Shown piece by piece: positions 20,557 through 30,064 of a DNA stretch of 64,000 nucleotides. Numbering within the stretch: the stretch's first letter is position 1; each line of letters starts with the position of its first letter. The notes below the pieces were generated by a model. That model worked only from the letters and a program-made list of their open reading frames with translations. It was not told where the DNA came from and did not search any database. The translations under genes were made by a program, and so were the position numbers. This stretch comes from Gemmatimonadales bacterium UBA7889 (lineage in GTDB: Bacteria > Gemmatimonadota > Gemmatimonadetes > Longimicrobiales > Gaopeijiaceae): assembly GCA_002501085.1 (NCBI GenBank), contig DLRL01000019.1, forward strand, positions 31,885 to 95,884, in the 5' to 3' direction.

Positions 20557-21573
20557 ATGACTAGAACCCGGAGAGTATTTCTCAGCGACTTGACGAAGAG
20601 CCTATTGGCCGTAGGAGCAATGCCTAACCCATTCGTGAGCAGTACTGTCTCGCCAAGCCAGACGGGTACAGGGCTCATCACAGATCCGAGGTACCTTGAG
20701 CACGAGTTACCTGATCGTGCCGGCGAGCCACACCCAGAGCGGCCATTACGATTGATCCGAATTGCACAAGCTTTTGCCGAGCGCGGCCTCGACTCAGACT
20801 TGACCAAGCTACAACTGCATTCTGATGCGATGCCCTTCATTCGCAGTCACCATACCCCAGAGCATGTGGATGCCGTTCGGGAAATCGAAGTGACAGGTGA
20901 AATTGCAGAACTTGCTGTATCAGGAGCCTTAGGCGCGATTGACGCTGTGGCAAATGGACAGGTGCGTAATGCGTTTTGTGCTCTCAGGCCTCCGGGGCAT
21001 CACGCTAACAATACTGGACAGGAAGAGGGTTTTTGTTTTTACAGCAACGCGGCAGTCGCTGCTAGGTACGCGCAACTCAGGCACGGTTTTGAAAAGATCT
21101 TGATCGTTGACTGGGACTACCATCATGGAAACGCAACCCAAAATGCGTTCTACGATGACCCCAGCGTGCTCTTTTTTTCAGCTCATGACTGGCAAGCATA
21201 TCCCGGCACAGGAGACCCCTCACTCCGTGGAGATGGAGAAGGTTCAGGACTCAACCTGAATGTTCACCTGGATTGCGGATCAAAGGATATCGATATGCTC
21301 AGGCATTGGGACAATGTGCTGTTGCCGGCCGTAAGCAACTTCCAACCGGACTTCGTCATTGTGTCCGCGGGTTTCGACAGTCGTATGGATGACCTACTTG
21401 GCTGCTTCGACCTTACTGACGATGTATTTCGGCGCATGACACGAACTACAATGGATATAGCCAATGACTACTGCGGTGGACGTCTGGTCTCGCTACTAGA
21501 GGGTGGTTACAACGTAGACGGAACAGCGATTGCCGCAGCGGCACACGTTGAGACGCTACTCGACGGCCTATAA
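20557..21573 (+). CDS. Histone deacetylase / acetylpolyamine amidohydrolase family enzyme with a twin-arginine leader
   Basis: ATG at 20557 preceded by GGAG. MTRTRRVFLSDLTKSLLAVGAM leader, then RPPGHHA, DWDYHHGNATQ, SAGFDS and LEGGYN motifs. Confidence 0.85.
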   Translation: MTRTRRVFLSDLTKSLLAVGAMPNPFVSSTVSPSQTGTGLITDPRYLEHELPDRAGEPHPERPLRLIRIAQAFAERGLDSDLTKLQLHSDAMPFIRSHHTPEHVDAVREIEVTGEIAELAVSGALGAIDAVANGQVRNAFCALRPPGHHANNTGQEEGFCFYSNAAVAARYAQLRHGFEKILIVDWDYHHGNATQNAFYDDPSVLFFSAHDWQAYPGTGDPSLRGDGEGSGLNLNVHLDCGSKDIDMLRHWDNVLLPAVSNFQPDFVIVSAGFDSRMDDLLGCFDLTDDVFRRMTRTTMDIANDYCGGRLVSLLEGGYNVDGTAIAAAAHVETLLDGL

Positions 21574-21610
21574 CTCAAACACCTGGCTCACTCGGTGGGA
21601 ATACTATAAC

Positions 21611-21642
21611 GGGGTGCCGCAGCCCTATGCTCGCGGCACCCC
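21611..21642. terminator. GC-rich hairpin between convergent genes (candidate bidirectional terminator)
   Basis: GGGGTGCCGC-12 nt-GCGGCACCCC, a perfect 10-bp stem, between the HDAC stop (21573) and the amidase stop (21651). There is no clear U tract. Confidence 0.5.
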
Positions 21643-21650
21643 GCAACAGC

Positions 21651-23294
21651 CTACATATCTGGAAGAGTCGGCCTTCTCAGATGCCAATCGGTCACGGACT
21701 GGAAAGCATGTGCCACATTAAGAATCTTATCGTCAGCAAATAGATCGCCCACAATCGTAGTCGTGAGCGGCATCGTGGTTGGTGTCTCAGAATCGGGATT
21801 ACGCACCCCAAAATCATACTGAACGATAGTTGCGGGGTGTCCGGTATCATTCGTCAGGCCTACTTCCCCGGAACCACTCACAAACATATCGAACCCATCC
21901 ATAGCCTCTTGCATTCTTTTCATGAAGATGAGGCGCCGTCTCTGGCCGTTGACATAGTCCATCGCTCGCGCATCCCGACCGCGACGGAAACGGCCTCTGC
22001 GCCGAGCCTCGCCCTCTTCGAGGTCCTGGGGGATCGGTTCTGGCTCAACCCCACCCGGCGCTACGTGATAGTCGAATGCTGCCGCCGAATCCGCGCCGAG
22101 TTGGTCAGATCGGAATTCGGGGAGCTCATTCATCTCTTTGAGGTTTGCACCTAAGTCTGAGAGTTTTTCGAGGAAAGACTCAGGGGCGTCGTCTGTGAAC
22201 CCAATGCGGTATGACCCCACATCCGGCCTCCGGTCGAATATGAACGGAGCAGTGATCGTCGCAGGATCTTGCTCACTCGCTCCATGAATCTCATTGAAGA
22301 CCAGTGCACAGTCCTCGATGGTGCGACACATCGGGCCTGCCTTGTCCATGCTCCACGAAAGGACCATACCACCGTATCTGCTCACCCTGCCGAAGGTTGG
22401 TCGAAGCGCGCTGAGACCGTTACGCCGGGAAGGTGAGACGATCGACCCCCGGGTCTCGGTGCCAATTGAAAATGCAACACAACCCGCTGCAGTTGCCGAA
22501 CCAGGGCCGGCAGAAGAGCCGCTCGAGCCTTCTTGGACATTCCAGGGGTTCTTTGTCCGACCTCTGAACCAACGGTCACCACTAGCGAATTCGCCTGTTG
22601 CTAGCTTCGCAATCAATACGGCACCTGCCTCTCGTAGTCGGACCACAAGCTCGGCATCTTCGTTGATTACTTGGTTTTCGAACTCGGCCGAGCCCCATGT
22701 AGTACGAGCTCCTGTGACTGAAAAGAGGTCCTTTACACCGTACGGGATCCCGTGAAGTGGCCCTCTCCAGTTTCCGCTGCGGAGGTCTATGTCTGCCTGT
22801 TGGGCCTCTTCACGAGCGCGATCCTCAAGAATCGTCACTGCACATAGTAGAATTGGATCGTAACGCTTGATTCTGTCGAGATAGATTTCTGTAAGGTCGA
22901 CGGATGAGATTCGGCGCGAGCGTACCAGTGCAGACAGTCGATGTACCGGGAGAAATGCAATATCCTCCTCATTTGTTGGCACGGCACCTCGCCACGGGCG
23001 AACACGGATAGCTGGCCGGTCGAACATCCTTGGACCGTGCTCTCGCCATAGTTTTTCCATTAGGGATCCCGTACCACCGGGATATGCTTGGAAAACCAAT
23101 GCCGGGTGCTCGCCTTGGCCCAGTTGAATCGGTGAAGCTGCTTCCTGCTCTTGTTCGATCCATCTAGGAAACGCGGGATCTGTCGCCTCAAGAGCCAGCG
23201 GGTGTACTGCGCCCGCAGCCGCGGCTGCCGCGGCTGCCATGAGAAAATCACGACGCTCTATACCGTTTCGTTTCTCGTTCTTCTCTCCCATCAT
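21651..23294 (-). CDS. Exported (Tat-type leader) amidase, amidase-signature family
   Basis: ERRDFLMAAAAAAAAGA leader, PLHGIPYGVKD, GSSGSSAG and TETRGSIVSPS. AGGAGG precedes the ATG ATG at 23294/23291; the ORF-track start at 23315 is a TTG. Confidence 0.85.
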   Translation of the reverse strand: MMGEKNEKRNGIERRDFLMAAAAAAAAGAVHPLALEATDPAFPRWIEQEQEAASPIQLGQGEHPALVFQAYPGGTGSLMEKLWREHGPRMFDRPAIRVRPWRGAVPTNEEDIAFLPVHRLSALVRSRRISSVDLTEIYLDRIKRYDPILLCAVTILEDRAREEAQQADIDLRSGNWRGPLHGIPYGVKDLFSVTGARTTWGSAEFENQVINEDAELVVRLREAGAVLIAKLATGEFASGDRWFRGRTKNPWNVQEGSSGSSAGPGSATAAGCVAFSIGTETRGSIVSPSRRNGLSALRPTFGRVSRYGGMVLSWSMDKAGPMCRTIEDCALVFNEIHGASEQDPATITAPFIFDRRPDVGSYRIGFTDDAPESFLEKLSDLGANLKEMNELPEFRSDQLGADSAAAFDYHVAPGGVEPEPIPQDLEEGEARRRGRFRRGRDARAMDYVNGQRRRLIFMKRMQEAMDGFDMFVSGSGEVGLTNDTGHPATIVQYDFGVRNPDSETPTTMPLTTTIVGDLFADDKILNVAHAFQSVTDWHLRRPTLPDM

Positions 23295-23346
23295 TTTCCT
23301 CCTGTCTATCTGCAAAGGTATTCGAGTATTCCGACGTGCTTATCCC

Positions 23347-24996
23347 TCAATGCCTATTCGGAACCGACCTGCCTAAGGCATCTTCCGAGATTGGGCGGGT
23401 GCGTATCGTCGGATATTCAATTCCTAACTGCTCGAGGTAAGTATCATAGCGCGAAGGGTCATAGTAGAACGGGCGCATGCGCTCCCTCCACTGCGCCATA
23501 ATACCCTCGTTCAACCATATCGCTGGTTTGTCATCTGGTGTAATGAAGGGCGTGTAGGTCATGTCGGCCATCTGCACATCATTGAAGTAATCCCATGCCG
23601 CTTCAACGGTCTGTCCATCCAGGAATAGGTCGAGAAGAGTAAGCGCCTGTACCTTAGCTCCAGCCAGCGAACCTTTGTGTGCTATGGGTGTCGCCATAGC
23701 AATCCCATTCGCCCAATTATGCCCAGGGCCACCTGGCATGTTAGCGGGGTAACGCATCGTGATGGTCGGCATATTCCAAGATACATCGCCGATATCATCC
23801 GAACCTCCACCACTATAGTTCGCCAGGTTAATTGGCCCTCTTAGCGGCGGAACTTGAGTAGGGAGACCTCGCTCTTCTTGACCTAGGTCACGCTGGAGTC
23901 CATTTGCTAAAGCAACATCCTCCCCAGACCATTCCGGAAGACCCACACGCTCTATGTTCATTTGCGTGACTTCAGCGACAGGCTTACTGAAGTGCCGGTT
24001 CCAAGCTGAACCGACCGTCATGATTGTGTCGATCTCCGTGCCCGTCATCATTGCCGCACCACGAGCCATCAACTTTGCGGCGTCATACATCTCGACAACA
24101 CGTGGATAGTCGACCTCGCGAAAATAGAACCAGATTGTCGCGGTCTGAGGCACGACATTTGGCTGGTCACCGCCCTCCACAATTATGTAATGGGAACGCT
24201 GGGGAGGACGCAGATGTTCCCGCTTGTACTCCCAGGCCTGCGCAAGAAGCATTATCGCATCTAACGCTGACTTTCCTCGCCAAGGGGATCCCGCCGAGTG
24301 CGCTGTTTCTCCAGTGAAACGGAACTGAGCAGAAACCAGAGCATTCCCGCTCGTGTGGCCCCATGTGACTGAAAAGTTCGAGGACACGTGAGTGAACAGG
24401 TTTACGTCTACATCGTCAAAGACACCATCCCGCACGAAAAACGCCTTGGAGCCAAGCTGTTCCTCGGCAATCCCCGGCCAAATCATCAGTGTTCCGTCTA
24501 TGTCTTCGCGCTCCATCAATTCCTTCACATTGAGCGCTGCCACAATATTTACAGCTTGACCGGAGTTATGCCCCTCACCATGCCCCGGAGCCATCGAGAG
24601 AATCGGGTCGCGGTACGCAACTCCTGGCTTTTGGTTCGACTGAGGAATTCCGTCTACATCAGAGCCTAGCGCGATAACGGGAGATCCCGACCCATTCGAC
24701 CACCGTGCGGTCCAGGCACTGGGCATGCCAGCAACACCCAGTTCTATCTCGAAGCCGTGATCTTCGAGGATTCCGGTCAAATACCTCTGGGTTTCAAATT
24801 CCTGGAAGCCCAATTCACCGAAGCTGAAGAGCATATCTACGATCTCCTGAACCATCTTGGCATCTTCCTCAACCATCCGCAGAGCTTCGTCCTTGAGACC
24901 TTCAAGGCGAGTGTCCGTTTGGGCTTTGAGTCCTGTTGGAGTGAGGATTATAAGGACGAGGACGGCGAGATATTGACTGAACCTCAAATGATGCAC
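23347..24996 (-). CDS. Exported M20-family amidohydrolase (AbgB-like), copy 2
   Basis: Same motifs as copy 1. AAGGAG lies 8 nt upstream of the GTG at 24996, which gives a normal signal peptide (HHLRFSQYLAVLVLIILTPTG). The ORF-track ATG is at 25053. Confidence 0.85.
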   Translation of the reverse strand: MHHLRFSQYLAVLVLIILTPTGLKAQTDTRLEGLKDEALRMVEEDAKMVQEIVDMLFSFGELGFQEFETQRYLTGILEDHGFEIELGVAGMPSAWTARWSNGSGSPVIALGSDVDGIPQSNQKPGVAYRDPILSMAPGHGEGHNSGQAVNIVAALNVKELMEREDIDGTLMIWPGIAEEQLGSKAFFVRDGVFDDVDVNLFTHVSSNFSVTWGHTSGNALVSAQFRFTGETAHSAGSPWRGKSALDAIMLLAQAWEYKREHLRPPQRSHYIIVEGGDQPNVVPQTATIWFYFREVDYPRVVEMYDAAKLMARGAAMMTGTEIDTIMTVGSAWNRHFSKPVAEVTQMNIERVGLPEWSGEDVALANGLQRDLGQEERGLPTQVPPLRGPINLANYSGGGSDDIGDVSWNMPTITMRYPANMPGGPGHNWANGIAMATPIAHKGSLAGAKVQALTLLDLFLDGQTVEAAWDYFNDVQMADMTYTPFITPDDKPAIWLNEGIMAQWRERMRPFYYDPSRYDTYLEQLGIEYPTIRTRPISEDALGRSVPNRH

Positions 24997-25088
24997 GGTA
25001 AGCTTCTCCTTTCTCGGGTGCTTCACGGACCCCTGATGATGGGAAGTGAGCATGAGGCAGATTTTCTAGCAGGGCAAGCGAAGACAGG

Positions 25089-27818
25089 CTAATTACTAAT
25101 TCTTTTGCGCCGCTCGACCCAACTCTCACCCTCGGTAATCCAAACTGCTGCTGGTTCACCCTTGAGATAATGCCCAAACCAATCAAGAATTCGCCGGTGA
25201 TAATCCACCTGCTGCTCCTCTCTGATCAGGCTATGGTCTGCACCGGGGTATACAAGCAACACGACTTCCTTTCCAGCCCGACGTGCATAGTTGTAGTACT
25301 CCAGTCCCTGTCGGAAGTCTACCACTCCATCCTCGTCACCATGCATCAACAGCACCGGCGTCTCCAAATCCTCAATGCCATGGGCCGGAGAACTCTCTAA
25401 GTGCGCCTCGAAGTCATCCCAGTACGGCACCGCCATTCGGGCCTGTCCTGTCTCCCAGTGTCCAGTTTCCGGTAACCCCCCATTCCAATGGACAGCACCC
25501 ATGAAGCTCAAGAAGTTTGTGATCGCTGCTCCGGCGACTGAAGCTGCAAAGCGGTCAGTCCGAGTCGGGAGATATGAAGCCTGATAGCCACCCCACGAAT
25601 GACCAATCAGACCAATTCGCTCAGCATCAACATGGCCCGTTGCGACGGCAGCATCGAGCGCATGCTCAACTGCATCTAGAGCTGACGGGCCAGGGCGGCC
25701 AGGTTCGTAAACAATGTCGGGCATCAACACGAAATACCCCTCTTGAGACCAGACTTGGTAGTTGTAGTAACGCCGCTGGCTAGGCGTGTAGTACCTGTGG
25801 AGGCCATCTGACAGTCGCTCGTACTGGTATAGGATGAGCGGGTACTGTTCCCCTTCACGGAATTCGGCGGGAAACACGAGGATCCCCTGAAGTTCGTGAC
25901 CAGCATCAGTCGTATACTTGATCAGTTCCGAATGACCCCATGCGTAATCAGATTGGAATGGGTTCGTGCGCGTCACCTGCCGAAGATCGGAAAGATCCGT
26001 CCCTCCTACGAACACATCAGGAGAGTCGTCCCAGCGCTGGATGCGCAAAGCATACCGATCGGCATCTTCAGCTTTAGTCAGCGAGTTTACTACCGCGGGC
26101 TCCTCCAATAGAACATTAACTCGGCCAGAACGAAGATCAGCTCTAGCGTAGCCTGAGTCTTTTGTACGCTCATCCATAAATGACAGCCAGACCGGCTGAC
26201 TTGAATCTATGACATACGGGTCCCCGAAACTGACATCAGAATCCATTTGGACGAGCCGATAGATGCGGCCATCTTCCTCGCCTCGTGTGATGCGGGTCGC
26301 GGACGAACCATCCAATTCAACGAGCCAGATGTCGTACTTGTCATAAAGAAGCACCGCCTCACCGGTGTCCGCCCACCCTCCGACGCCCCAAGGAGGGTGA
26401 GGTCCTGGGTAATCGTGGTCGAAAAGCGGTTGTGTAAAGCTGCGGCCCTCAGCCAAAACTGTCTTCTGCATCGAAGTCAGGTCTATCGCAGACCAATGAT
26501 CGTCCCCATAAACCAACACTGGGCTATCCCCGTCTCCAGCTTCGACACCGAATTGTACTTCTCTGGCAAGAAGTGTGCGTTCACCCGTCTGCAGATCAAC
26601 CCGGTACCAGTCTGCAGCGCCATCGCCAAAGCGACGCTGAAACCTGTACGGTGTGTAGTCGGGGACAATCCCCCAGTTTCCATCAGTCACAATTTCAACT
26701 TCTTCCGAAAAATCTTCACCGAGAATTACGAGTTCATCGTCCCTTACATGCCACGCTGCCAGAAAAGTCTGCTGTGAGATCTGTTCTGCACGGTATTCTT
26801 GGCTCCTGAGGATTTGGTCATCGTCCCAATGCCAGACTTGAACATCCGCCGGCTGGACTTCTTCTTCCTCACTTCCCTCATCGGACTCAGCATCATTTGC
26901 TTCTATAGCCGTCCAGTCCCGTAAGCCGACAAAAACCGTCGCTCCGGTAGCATCAAAATCGATCCCAGCATAGTCCGTCATTCGCAGCGATTCAGGGATA
27001 TCGTCCCGCCCGAGCGCTGCTAGAACCCGCGGATCCAAGCCAGAGTTAACATCTTCCCAGAGGAGAACGTCATGTGTATCACCTTCACGACCTTCAAACT
27101 CCACCGAACGCATAACGCCGAGCTGTGCTGACTGATCTTGCCAGCTCAGAGCGCTGTAGTGTGCATCACGAGAGTCAAGAGTCCTAAGCGTCTCAGCCTC
27201 GGGATCGAAAAGCACAACACTGTTCGAGCTCCCCCAAGAGGTGCGTAAAGTGGCAGCAATGAATTCACCTTCATCTTGCCACGCAAACTCATCAACGTTT
27301 CCGATGAGCGTTTGCGCCCCTGTGGAGGGGTTCATGATCACGAGGTCGGCACCCAGTGTGTCCGCCGGCGCATAACCTTTCGCAGCAAGCCAGATCCCGT
27401 CGTCCCGGAAAGCAAAGCGCTGAACTTCAAAGAGTACCGTGTCCACACCGTTGGCCAAATTGACCAAACCAAGTCTGTCATGGATCGGTTCATCTGACTC
27501 CTCAAGTTCATCCGGATGAACCCCAGCTCTATACGCCATCCAATTCCCATCCCGACTGAATACCGGTCCTGTAGCATGCTCAAGCACAAGTGGCTCACTA
27601 TTTCCGTCACTAGCCATCAGCCGCAGTTCAGTAGTCTCATCTACACGTCTGATACCGGACACAAGCCAGTTCCCCTTCGGATCAAGCTCGAATAGTCCAA
27701 GATTCTCGAACTGCCCATAGTCGGACGGGTTAAGGGCGGACATGTCTTGGGCCATCAGCTCGTTTGGGAGCACCAGAAAAACACAGAAAAACAACGCGGA
27801 CATAAAAGTGCGATACAT
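25089..27818 (-). CDS. Exported S9-family serine peptidase (prolyl oligopeptidase/DPP-like) with a long N-terminal propeller region
   Basis: Signal peptide. C-terminal alpha/beta hydrolase domain with the GHSWGGY nucleophile elbow, HGDEDGVVD and GADHSL. Confidence 0.85.
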   Translation of the reverse strand: MYRTFMSALFFCVFLVLPNELMAQDMSALNPSDYGQFENLGLFELDPKGNWLVSGIRRVDETTELRLMASDGNSEPLVLEHATGPVFSRDGNWMAYRAGVHPDELEESDEPIHDRLGLVNLANGVDTVLFEVQRFAFRDDGIWLAAKGYAPADTLGADLVIMNPSTGAQTLIGNVDEFAWQDEGEFIAATLRTSWGSSNSVVLFDPEAETLRTLDSRDAHYSALSWQDQSAQLGVMRSVEFEGREGDTHDVLLWEDVNSGLDPRVLAALGRDDIPESLRMTDYAGIDFDATGATVFVGLRDWTAIEANDAESDEGSEEEEVQPADVQVWHWDDDQILRSQEYRAEQISQQTFLAAWHVRDDELVILGEDFSEEVEIVTDGNWGIVPDYTPYRFQRRFGDGAADWYRVDLQTGERTLLAREVQFGVEAGDGDSPVLVYGDDHWSAIDLTSMQKTVLAEGRSFTQPLFDHDYPGPHPPWGVGGWADTGEAVLLYDKYDIWLVELDGSSATRITRGEEDGRIYRLVQMDSDVSFGDPYVIDSSQPVWLSFMDERTKDSGYARADLRSGRVNVLLEEPAVVNSLTKAEDADRYALRIQRWDDSPDVFVGGTDLSDLRQVTRTNPFQSDYAWGHSELIKYTTDAGHELQGILVFPAEFREGEQYPLILYQYERLSDGLHRYYTPSQRRYYNYQVWSQEGYFVLMPDIVYEPGRPGPSALDAVEHALDAAVATGHVDAERIGLIGHSWGGYQASYLPTRTDRFAASVAGAAITNFLSFMGAVHWNGGLPETGHWETGQARMAVPYWDDFEAHLESSPAHGIEDLETPVLLMHGDEDGVVDFRQGLEYYNYARRAGKEVVLLVYPGADHSLIREEQQVDYHRRILDWFGHYLKGEPAAVWITEGESWVERRKRISN

Positions 27819-28006
27819 CGATTCCTACCTCAGTCTGGATAAACTTGATCAGACGGCATCAAGACGATGCCGATCACCACGCATGGTCGCAACCGGCCTG
27901 GAGACACCTAGAAGTGCTGAACACGATCCGAAAGCCCCTGTTACATTTCCCGGCTGACCATGTCAGTACGGATATTCGCAACCTTTCAATCGTGAGGGGC
28001 CCTTAA

Positions 28007-30025
28007 ATGAGGGCCCATAAAAATCGAGCTAGCCTCATGGATACTAGCAATACCTATAAAAAGAGATGGTTAAGGGCTCCCTGGAGTACGATTCCCTTTC
28101 TCTTACTTGGCATCGGTATTGTAGGCTTTGGGAAAGATGCTGATCAGGCACTCACGATTGATCCGGGCGATTGGCCTCATTATGGTCGGGACTTGGCAGC
28201 TAGTAAATATTCCCCGCTAGATCAGGTATCTGCTGCCAATGTGGACCAGCTCGAGATCGCCTGGATCTGGCAATCGGCAGATTACGACCTCCTGACTCGT
28301 AACCCTGGACTTTATATCAATCCCAACTACCAGGTGACGCCGATCAAAATTGGCGACAGGCTCTACGCTACAACAAACATGGGCCAAGCAGTGGCTCTAG
28401 ATCCGGAAACTGGCATTGAGCAATGGCGTTACGACCCATACGCTGAAGGACTCAGAGCTCGACCCACTGGCCGAACGAATAGAGGTGTCGCCTACTGGAG
28501 TGATGGTATAAATGAGAGAATTTTTCTCGGATCAGGCCAATATCTGGTAGCCCTAGATGCAGCGACGGGCAGCGTTCTAGCAGACTTCGGTGAGGGAGGT
28601 GTGATCGACTTAGCGGTTGATTCTGATCCCAGGGTGACGACATACACTTGGAGATCTCCTCCGATTGTTGTTCGTAACGCTGTGATCGTCGGCTCACAAG
28701 CGATGGCACCCAATAGAAACTGGCAGACCGCTCCTCCTGGGTACGTGAGGGCCTTTGACACTCAGTCTGGAGAATTGCTTTGGCGATTCAGCCCAATCCC
28801 TGGGCCAGGAGATCCAGCAATCGAGACTTGGGCAGACTCCTCTTGGGCCTACAGTGGCAACGGTAATGTCTGGACAATGATGAGTGCTGACGAAGAACTG
28901 GGGCACGTCTATCTACCGCTAAAAACAACAACAAACGACTGGTATGGCGGACACAGGCTGGGTGATAATCTATATGGAGAAAGTGTAGCTGCAGTCGATG
29001 TAGAAACAGGTGACAGAGTATGGCATTATCAGATGACGAGACACGGTCTCTGGGACTACGACCCACCTGCAGCCCCGAACGTTCTAGACGTAGTCGTTGA
29101 TGGCCGACCGAGGAAAGTGGTCGCGCAAGTTACCAAGCAAGCCTTCGTATTCGCATTCGATCGGCAAACTGGTGAACCAATCTGGCCGATTGAAGACCGG
29201 GCCGTTCCTCCTTCTGAAGTTCCGGGGGAAGTAGCAGCAGAAACCCAACCCTTCCCTACACATCCCGCCCCATTTGATCTACAAGGTCTTAGCATCGATG
29301 ACCTTGTGGACTTTACTCCTGAGCTTAGGGCAGAAGCTGAGGCAATCGTCTCAGAATTCGTCTACGGAGAGATGTACACCCCACCCACACTACTCGATGA
29401 TAGCCCTGGAGGTACTAAGGGAACGATCCTAATGCCGGGATGGGTTGGAGGTGCAAATTGGGGAGGGGCAGCAGTTGACCCCGAAACAGGCGTCCTGTAC
29501 GTCCCATCCGTCACGTCCCCAAGTGTTACCGCTCTCGTTCCTCCTACCGACCCCGACAGCTCTGACTTCAATTATGTGAGAGGCCTACCCAGAGAGGTGC
29601 CTATGCCCTCAGGCCTCCCACTGCTCAAGCCTCCATATGGTCGAATCACCGCGATAGACATGAACACTGGTGAGCACCTATGGATGCAGCCCAATGGCCC
29701 GGGTCCTCGTACCCATCCCACCATTGCTGAACTTGACCTCCCTTGGCTCGGTCAACGCGGTAGGGCCGCTCCTCTTCTCACCAAGACCCTACTATTTCTA
29801 GGAGAAGGAACAGAAGCAGCGCTCTCAATCTTACCCATCGCAGGCGGTAAGTTTTTCCGTGCTTGGCAAAAAGAGACCGGGGACGTCCTATGGGAAATTG
29901 AGCTAGCTGCAGGGACCTCTGGCGCACCTATGACTTATATGGCCAACGGCCGCCAGTTCATTGTAGTTGCAATCGGAGATGAAGGAACGCCTAGCCAATT
30001 GGTAGCCCTAGCGCTGAGTCGGTGA
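28007..30025 (+). CDS. PQQ-dependent (quinoprotein) dehydrogenase, paralog 2, N-terminally anchored or exported
   Basis: DWPHYGRDLAASKYSPLDQV...LEIAWIW, GLWDYDPPAAP. Collinear with 13741-15672. The ATG at 28037 is an alternative start. Confidence 0.85.
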   Translation: MRAHKNRASLMDTSNTYKKRWLRAPWSTIPFLLLGIGIVGFGKDADQALTIDPGDWPHYGRDLAASKYSPLDQVSAANVDQLEIAWIWQSADYDLLTRNPGLYINPNYQVTPIKIGDRLYATTNMGQAVALDPETGIEQWRYDPYAEGLRARPTGRTNRGVAYWSDGINERIFLGSGQYLVALDAATGSVLADFGEGGVIDLAVDSDPRVTTYTWRSPPIVVRNAVIVGSQAMAPNRNWQTAPPGYVRAFDTQSGELLWRFSPIPGPGDPAIETWADSSWAYSGNGNVWTMMSADEELGHVYLPLKTTTNDWYGGHRLGDNLYGESVAAVDVETGDRVWHYQMTRHGLWDYDPPAAPNVLDVVVDGRPRKVVAQVTKQAFVFAFDRQTGEPIWPIEDRAVPPSEVPGEVAAETQPFPTHPAPFDLQGLSIDDLVDFTPELRAEAEAIVSEFVYGEMYTPPTLLDDSPGGTKGTILMPGWVGGANWGGAAVDPETGVLYVPSVTSPSVTALVPPTDPDSSDFNYVRGLPREVPMPSGLPLLKPPYGRITAIDMNTGEHLWMQPNGPGPRTHPTIAELDLPWLGQRGRAAPLLTKTLLFLGEGTEAALSILPIAGGKFFRAWQKETGDVLWEIELAAGTSGAPMTYMANGRQFIVVAIGDEGTPSQLVALALSR

Positions 30026-30027
30026 CC

Positions 30028-30053
30028 GGACCCTGGGAAGGTTGATAGGGTCC
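30028..30053. terminator. Hairpin between convergent genes (candidate terminator)
   Basis: GGACCCT-12 nt-AGGGTCC, directly after the PQQ-DH stop and before the cyclase stop. Confidence 0.35.
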
Positions 30054-30064
30054 ACCCATTCAGT

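Noticed and set aside
20406-20840. 144-aa minus-strand ORF spanning the M20/HDAC divergent region.
   Set aside because: It overlaps the HDAC-family coding sequence and the promoter region. The Cys/Arg-rich translation has no recognisable fold. The real genes on both sides account for the sequence.
26247-26777. 176-aa plus-strand ORF inside the S9 peptidase gene. Similar antisense ORFs lie at 22294-22755, 34132-34614, 45905-46390, 46393-46842 and 54630-55094.
   Set aside because: All lie fully antisense to long, motif-rich genes. They have low-complexity, Ser/Arg/Pro-biased translations and no start context. They are typical shadow ORFs.
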